A model generated the notes under the pieces. That model was not told the DNA's origin and did no database searches. It was given only the letters and a program-made list of their open reading frames with translations. This document shows positions 57,711 through 64,000 of a stretch of DNA of 64,000 nucleotides, piece by piece (the stretch's first letter is position 1; each line of letters begins with the position of its first letter). The DNA is taken from contig CALUIN010000006.1 in assembly GCA_944320745.1 (NCBI GenBank), positions 16,559 through 80,558 of the forward strand, given 5' to 3'. Source of the DNA: an uncultured Alloprevotella sp. (lineage in GTDB: Bacteria > Bacteroidota > Bacteroidia > Bacteroidales > Bacteroidaceae). Made by a program: the position numbers and the translations under genes.

Positions 57711-58580
57711 TTAATGAGTGGCGGAGAAAGTCTGTACGATGGAGAAACCTACTTCGTCAAGGCTGAACGTCAAACGGTCGATTTTGTTAGTATAATAGTT
57801 GTAGGAAATAACGGCGAGCGCACCGGTTGCGATACCGGAAGCCGTATTTACAAGGGCCTCGGAAATACCGACTGCCAGTGCGGAAGAGTCAGCACCGCCA
57901 TCACCGGCAGACATTGCGGAGAAGGAGCGGATCATACCCAACACCGTACCGAACAGACCCATCAAAGTACCGAGCGTTACGATAGTACCGATAATCGGCA
58001 GGTTCTCCTGCAGCATAGGCATCTCCAGAGCGGTAGCCTCTTCCAGTTCCTTTTGGATGGCCAGAATCTTCTGCTCTTTCGTCAGGACGGTATTGTCGTC
58101 CATTTCCTTATACTTGCGAAGCGTAGCGCCTACCACGTTGGCTACGGAACCGCGCTGCTTGTCACAGAGCTTCTGAGCAGCATCCAGATCGTTCTTCTGC
58201 AGAGCCACCTTGATGTCAGCAACAAACTTCGTGAGGCTCGTACGGCCGAAGGCGTTGCGGATAGCGAAGAAGCGCTCGATGGAGAAAGCGACTACGGAGA
58301 ACAGGAGGGTCCAGATGATAGGCACCACGAAACCACCCATGTAGACCGTACCGGAGAGCGTGGCGGGCTCGAACGCCTCTACTTCGGAAAGGAAGGCAAA
58401 CGGGGCACCGATGTCACCCTTGAAGTTGCTGGCTGCACCAAAACCGAAGAGGTAAACGATTACGGCCAGAACTGCGCAGCAAATAATTACGAGAAAGCCG
58501 GACTTGATTCCGGTGAAACCTTGAGACTGGCTCTTGGCTTTGGTTGCACCCTTGGGTGCCGTAGCATTTGTAGTTGCCAT
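57711..58580 (-). CDS. exbB: MotA/TolQ/ExbB proton channel protein
   Basis: SIERF, LGTLMGLFGTVLGMIRSF, LAVGISEALVNTASG. Confidence 0.92.
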   Translation of the reverse strand: MATTNATAPKGATKAKSQSQGFTGIKSGFLVIICCAVLAVIVYLFGFGAASNFKGDIGAPFAFLSEVEAFEPATLSGTVYMGGFVVPIIWTLLFSVVAFSIERFFAIRNAFGRTSLTKFVADIKVALQKNDLDAAQKLCDKQRGSVANVVGATLRKYKEMDDNTVLTKEQKILAIQKELEEATALEMPMLQENLPIIGTIVTLGTLMGLFGTVLGMIRSFSAMSAGDGGADSSALAVGISEALVNTASGIATGALAVISYNYYTNKIDRLTFSLDEVGFSIVQTFSATH

Positions 58581-58685
58581 GTTTTTTGAAGAGTTTAAAG
58601 TTTGTAGGATTATTGATTTTGGATATTTCGGTTTGCGAGTGGGCGGGGATGCTTCGCTTTGCCTTTACCACCACCTGCTACGGAG

Positions 58686-58718
58686 CAAAGATAGACAATA
58701 AATATATCCCGTTACAAA
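58686..58718 (-). promoter_or_regulatory. Sigma-A promoter of the exbB operon
   Basis: TTTG (58715-58718) - N21 - TATCTTTG (58686-58693) on the minus strand. Confidence 0.7.
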
Positions 58719-58872
58719 TTTCGGGGCATTTTTAACACTTCTTACTATTGTGCACCTTCTCCCTTGCGATTCGGCAGGCCGAAAGGCGAGCGTCCGCATT
58801 ATCCAAGGCAAAAGTAGCTTTTTTTAGTGGAAATACGGCCCTTACTCCAAAGATTTCTCTGTAAAGTTTTTA

Positions 58873-61338
58873 TTAAAGGCCCCGTGCTGGCTTGAGTTTC
58901 AGGGTCAAACGGCCGCACAAGCTGCCGGCCGTACAGTGCAGCTTCAGCCGCCGCCTGTCGTCCGTGCGCACGAGGAAGGATGCCACGCCGGCTTCTGTCT
59001 CCACTTCGGCCGGTCCCGTGACCGTACCTCCTTCGGCCGTCAGGCGGACGCGGACGCCGTTGTCGCGGCAAGGGGCGCCCTGCGCGTCGGTGAGACGGGC
59101 ATAGACGATGAGCAGATCGGACTGCTCAGCGGGGCGGCCGGACTCGAAGTAGCTGAGCTCCACGCGGGCCGGACGCCCGGGTGTCCGCACTTCGTACGTG
59201 GCCACGGCCTTGCCGTCCATAAAGCCCACGGCACGAAGTGTCCCGGCCTCGGCGGGGACGCGGGTGAAGGAGAAGGGCGGACTGGCCAGATGGCGGGCGT
59301 TGCCGCCGTCGGGGCGGGCCACGTAGTCTGTGTCCGGCCCATCGTCGGCCCGCTGGCGGGACAGGCGTCGGCCGTTCAGCCACAGTTCGACCTCCTCCAC
59401 ATTCCCGTACACCTGGACGGTATCGGCAAACGGCGCCGCACGCCACGTGGCGACATAGAGCTCGTAGGGCATCGGCCCTGAAGGCAGCGGCGTTCCGGCG
59501 GCCACTTGCGAGCGGTAGAAGTGCAGACTGAACTTCGGCAGACGGAAGAGGTCCGCCACGCCGCTGTAGCAGATGTTGTCGCAGCAGCCGCGGTTGTAGT
59601 CGTACATGCTCCAGACGGCACCGCCCATAGTAGCGGGATAATAGGTGCTGTAACGGTTAAGGGACCACTGGGCATTCCATGCGTTCTGCACGAGGGCGCG
59701 CTCGCCGTCACCGCGACGGACGCGCGTCGTGCTGTAATGGCCGCCGAACTCGTAGTCATAGTACTCGCGGATGAAGCCGGGCTTCGCGGTACGGTTCGGG
59801 CGGTTGAAGCCTTCCTCCCAATCGTTGTAGCACACGTCGAAGCCGTCGTATCCGTAGGCGTCTCCTGATGTGAAGCACTGGTCGCCGGGCATTTCGCTGT
59901 GGGCTATGCGCACGGCCTCATCCTTCCATTCCTTCGGCGGCCAGGACTCGTTGAGCGTGGTCTCCCACAGGAGGATGCAGGGATGGTTCCGGTCGCGGCG
60001 GATGAGGTCGCGGATGTCGCGGTGCGTCAGCCCGACGAACACAGAATCGCCGTTATAGAACTGCCATCCGGGAATAGGTTCAATGGCCAGCAACCCGAGC
60101 TCGTCGCAGGCCTCGAGCACGGAGGGGTCCTGCGGATAGTGGCCCAGGCGCACCACATTGAATCCGTTTTCCCGGATCTGGTATATGTCGCGATACTGCG
60201 CCGCGTCGGAGATGGCATTCCCCACGTAGGGATACTCCATGTGGCGGTTGCTCCCGACGAGCTTTACGGGCTCGCCGTTCACGAGAAGTCCGTGCTCGCG
60301 GCTCATCTCAAAGCGGCGGATGCCGATGCGCTGCTGCTCGCTGTCGACCACGCGCCCGTCGCGCACGACCTCGCTCACCAGCAGGTAGAGCTGGGGCGCG
60401 TCCGGCGACCACAGGCGGGGATTCTCCAGGCTCAGTTCTGCGCCGACCTCGGTGCGGCCTTTACGGGGCAGCTGCACTTGCGCCTCCTTCCTCGTCACAC
60501 GCTTGCCCCTCCCCTTCCCACGGCTCCAGGTGTAGAGCGTATGGCGCAGGCTGACGTGATGGTCGGCGGCGTCCGCATTGGCCAGTTCTGTGCGGATGCG
60601 CACCGTGGCGTGCCGGCCGGACACTTCGGGATAAGTCACAAAGATGCCGCCGCCGGCCTCGCGTCCTGAGAGAATGGGATGCGTGATATAGGTGGAAGGC
60701 TTCGCGATGAGCGCGACGTCGCGGTACAGCCCGCCGTAGTAGCAGAAGTCCAGGCTGCCCAGCGGCTTCCCGGGCGGGATGAGCGAGTTGTCGCGGTTGT
60801 CCAGCCGCACCAGCAGTTCGTTGTCGTCGCCGGCCTTCAAAAGTCCGGTGACGTCCACGACAAAGGGCGTGTAGCCGCCGGCATGGCGGGCCACGTGCTG
60901 CCCGTTCACCCAGAGGTCCGCCAGGTGCATGGCCCCTTCAAACTCGAGCCAAAGCTGCCCGCCGGCCTCCTGCGGCGTGACGCTGAGCCGCCGCCGGTAA
61001 TAGCAGATGCCCTGCCACTGGTGCACCACGGTGAGCGGTTCGATGCGGGGCGTGTGGGGCAGCGCGACGCGCTCCCACTCTCCGGCCATGAGGGCCCGCA
61101 TCTCGGCGGCCACGGTGTCTGGCGACAAGGCCAGCACCCCGCTCTCGGAGACGTGCTGCACGTCGTATTGCGAACTCCAGTCGCTGCCCTGATTGCGGAC
61201 GGCGCCCGTCGCCGTGGCGTCCGTCACGCGCTGGAAGTCCCACGCGCCGTTGATCACCCGGCGCTGCGCCCGGCAGACGCAGGCACAGCAGAGCGTGAGC
61301 GCCAGCAAAATCCATTTCATCCGGTTCATAGGTATCAT
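58873..61338 (-). CDS. Glycoside hydrolase family 2 (beta-galactosidase-like), secreted
   Basis: LEFEGA, H.GGYTPF, YGGLYRDV, GSNRH, FNVVRLGHYPQ, DRNHPCILLWE..LNE; signal peptide. True start may be 61329 or 61320. Confidence 0.9.
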   Translation of the reverse strand: MIPMNRMKWILLALTLCCACVCRAQRRVINGAWDFQRVTDATATGAVRNQGSDWSSQYDVQHVSESGVLALSPDTVAAEMRALMAGEWERVALPHTPRIEPLTVVHQWQGICYYRRRLSVTPQEAGGQLWLEFEGAMHLADLWVNGQHVARHAGGYTPFVVDVTGLLKAGDDNELLVRLDNRDNSLIPPGKPLGSLDFCYYGGLYRDVALIAKPSTYITHPILSGREAGGGIFVTYPEVSGRHATVRIRTELANADAADHHVSLRHTLYTWSRGKGRGKRVTRKEAQVQLPRKGRTEVGAELSLENPRLWSPDAPQLYLLVSEVVRDGRVVDSEQQRIGIRRFEMSREHGLLVNGEPVKLVGSNRHMEYPYVGNAISDAAQYRDIYQIRENGFNVVRLGHYPQDPSVLEACDELGLLAIEPIPGWQFYNGDSVFVGLTHRDIRDLIRRDRNHPCILLWETTLNESWPPKEWKDEAVRIAHSEMPGDQCFTSGDAYGYDGFDVCYNDWEEGFNRPNRTAKPGFIREYYDYEFGGHYSTTRVRRGDGERALVQNAWNAQWSLNRYSTYYPATMGGAVWSMYDYNRGCCDNICYSGVADLFRLPKFSLHFYRSQVAAGTPLPSGPMPYELYVATWRAAPFADTVQVYGNVEEVELWLNGRRLSRQRADDGPDTDYVARPDGGNARHLASPPFSFTRVPAEAGTLRAVGFMDGKAVATYEVRTPGRPARVELSYFESGRPAEQSDLLIVYARLTDAQGAPCRDNGVRVRLTAEGGTVTGPAEVETEAGVASFLVRTDDRRRLKLHCTAGSLCGRLTLKLKPARGL

Positions 61339-61630
61339 AGGTCACATAGGTTTTATAGTATGATGGTCTACATGGAAGCCGCCCCGCCGCTGCCACGGTG
61401 TCCCGCGGTCCCGGCGGCGGCCTGAAGGGGTGAAGGAAACGTGCCCGGTGCGCTCTGTCCTGACGGACATAAAAAATCCGCGCCGGCACAGACGTCTGGA
61501 CGGAAGCGCCCTGCGGCGCGGACGGGCGGACATAGATGGCCCCGCAAATATACGTTTTCTTCCTGAAACGGACATCGGCCGCATCAGCATATTTCCCAGC
61601 CTGCCCCGAAACGCGCCGGCTGCGCAAAAT

Positions 61631-61713
61631 CCGGGGATTGGGCGCGTAGTTACTGGGTAAGCCCCGGAACGACTGGCCTAAGCCCCGTCGCCACGGGCCT
61701 TAGCCCTGTTTCC
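61631..61713. repeat. 21-bp phased quasi-palindromic array 8 (4 units, one with a 1-bp deletion)
   Basis: ccggggATTGGgcgcgt-agtt, actggg-TAAGccccgg-aacg, actggcCTAAGccccgt-cgcc, acgggcCTTAGccctgt-ttcc. Confidence 0.88.
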
Positions 61714-62008
61714 GGGCGGCCACGGCGCGACGCCGGCCGGCGTAGCGCGGAAGAGCAGCAGAAGCTGCATCCGCCCGCCGGTTCTACGGCCGTACACCTA
61801 TATATAATATAAGAGCATCCGCCCGCAGTGTAGCCTCGTTCCACTGGCGGCGCCGGAAACGGGCGGGCCGGGGCAGGAAAAAATCCGGTTGGCGAGGCGT
61901 GCATTTCAAACGAATTTTATAATATTGCACCTGCGGACGCTTCCGCCCGATCCGGCCGCGCCCCTCCTGCCCCACCGGCATTCTGCTCATCCTTATATCC
62001 CGCAATCT

Positions 62009-64000
62009 ATGAAACGTTTACTCCTTGCCATTTCTTTGGCCTTCATCCTTCCTTCCATTGCCCAGGAGCCGCCCGTCTACCTGGACGAAAGCCGTCCCGT
62101 CGAGGAACGGGTAGAGGACGCGCTGCGGCGCATGACGTTCCAGGAGAAAATCAACATGATCCACGCCCAGTCGAAATTCAGCAGCCCTGGGGTGCCACGC
62201 CTCGGCATCCCCGAACTCTGGACCGACGACGGGCCCCACGGCGTCCGCCCCGAGGTGAAATGGGACGAGTGGGACCAGGCCGGCTGGACCAACGACTCGT
62301 GCGTGGCCTTCCCCGCGCTGACCTGCCTGGCTGCCACGTGGAATCCGGACATGGCCCGTCTCTACTGGAAATGCCTGGGCGAAGAAGCCCGCTACCGCGG
62401 CAAGGACGTCATCCTGGGCCCGGGCGTAAACATTTACCGCACGCCGCTCAACGGCCGCAACTTCGAGTACATGGGCGAGGACCCCTACCTGGCCAGCCGC
62501 ATCGTGGTGCCCTACGTCCAGGGGCTGCAAGAGAACGGCGTGGCGGCCTGCGTGAAGCACTTCGCGCTGAACAACAGCGAAGCCAACCGCCACCTGACGA
62601 ACGTCGTCGTGGACGACCGCGCGCTCTATGAAATCTATCTGCCCGCCTTCCGCGCGGCCGTGCAGGAGGGCCGCGCGGGTCCATCATGGGCAGCTACAAT
62701 CTGTACCAGAACCAGCATTGCAGCCACAACGAACGGCTGCTGCAAACCATACTGAAGAAGGAGTGGGGATTCGACGGCGCGGTCATTTCCGACTGGGGCG
62801 CCACGCACGACACGGACGAGGCCATCGCGAACGGGCTGGACCTGGAGTTCGGCAGCTGGGTCAGCGCGCCGGCCGACGGTTCCGGGTCGGCGTATGACAA
62901 TTACTATATGGCCCGCCCCTACCTGCAGCGCATCCTGTCCGGCAAAGTGGGCACGGCCGAACTGGACGACAAGGTGCGGCGCGTGCTGCGGCTCATTTTC
63001 CGCACGAGCATGAACACCCGGGCCGGACTGGGCTCCATGTGTTCGCAAGCCCACTACGAAGCCGCCCGGCGCATCGCCGAGGAGGGGATTGTCCTGCTGA
63101 AAAACGAGAACAGCGCGCTGCCCATCGACCTGGACCGGACAAAGCGGATAGCCGTCGTCGGCGAGAATGCCATTAAGATGATGACCGTAGGCGGCGGCAG
63201 TTCGTCGCTCAAGGCGCAGCGCGAGGTGACGCCGCTCGAAGGGCTCCGCGCCCGCGTGGGCAGCCGCGCCGAAATAATCTTCGCCCGCGGCTACGTGGGC
63301 GACACGGGCAACGAATACAACGGCGTAGTGGCCCGGGGGAACCTGAAGGACGACCGCACCCCCGAGGCCCTGCTCGCCGAAGCCCTGGAGGCCGCGCGCG
63401 GAGCGGACTGCGTAATTTTCTTCGGCGGACTGAACAAGAGCGGCCGGCAGGACTGCGAGGACACGGACCGCGCCGGGCTGGGGCTGCCCTACGGACAAGA
63501 CTCGCTCATCGCCGCCCTGGCGGAAGTAAGCCGGCGGCTCATCGTGGTGAACATATCGGGCAACGCCGTGGCCATGCCCTGGCTGGACGACGTAGCAGCC
63601 GTGGTGCAGGGGTGGTACGGCGGGTCGGAAGCCGGCAACGCGCTGGCGGCCGTGCTCACGGGCGACGCCAACCCGAGCGGCAAACTGCCCTTCACATTCC
63701 CGGCACGGCTTGAGGACGTCCCCGCCCACCGGCTGGGCGACTACCTCGGCCACCGCACGCGCGACACCGCCGACGTGCGCTACAACGAAGGCATCTTCGT
63801 GGGCTACCGCTGGACCGACCTTCACCCGGAGGCCCGGCCGCTGTTTCCCTTCGGCTACGGTCTGAGCTACACGACCTTCGCCTACGGCAAACCGGAAGCC
63901 GACCGGCGGACGCTCTCGGCCGGTGACTCGCTTACCGTCCGGCTCACGGTGCGCAACACCGGCCGGCGCCCGGGGCAGGAGGTTGTCCAGCTCTACGTCC
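62009..64000 (+). pseudogene. GH3 beta-glucosidase-like gene with a 1-nt frameshift near 62678 (pseudogene or sequence error); truncated by the window end
   Basis: First frame: signal peptide, DGPHGVR, LGPGVNIYRTPLNGRNFEY.GEDP, KHFALN. After GCG-GG (expected GCG-TGG) the shifted frame continues SIMGSYN..LKKEWGFDGAVISDWG..IVLLKN..YNEGIFVGYR..PLFPFGYGLSYT..EVVQLYV to 64000. Confidence 0.85.

Noticed and set aside
61327-61350. CATAGG x3 at 9-bp period at the GH2 start
   Set aside because: Too short and seen only once; it only makes the start codon ambiguous.

Overview
High-GC Bacteroidota chromosome segment, most likely Bacteroidales/Prevotellaceae-like. The assignment rests on many TAnnTTTG -7 promoter elements, a NuoEFG-less nuo operon with fused NuoCD, and the gene order. 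It is almost all core genome: murF; folP-dacA-psd-pssA; efp; pflB-pflA; a GH36 alpha-galactosidase; aspC/YccA/ribBA/LptF-like; tRNA-Met; pta-ackA; nuoA-N; AraC and LuxR regulators; rpmH-PASTA-rluD-ddl-acyltransferase; trpS; MATE; GH109; an RND efflux trio; exbB-exbD-exbD-tonB-PstS-like-TPR; GH2; and a frameshifted GH3 running off the right end. I see no integrase, transposase, cas or phage gene. The main unexplained structure is non-coding: eight dispersed, strictly intergenic arrays (about 34 units) of a 21-bp quasi-palindromic unit, AC-S4-CTWAG-S4-GT-N4. The period equals two B-DNA turns and the two dyad axes alternate every 10.5 bp. It is a candidate undescribed repeat or chromosome-organising binding-site system, and two arrays double as terminators. 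All calls come from reading the sequence by eye; no searches were run.
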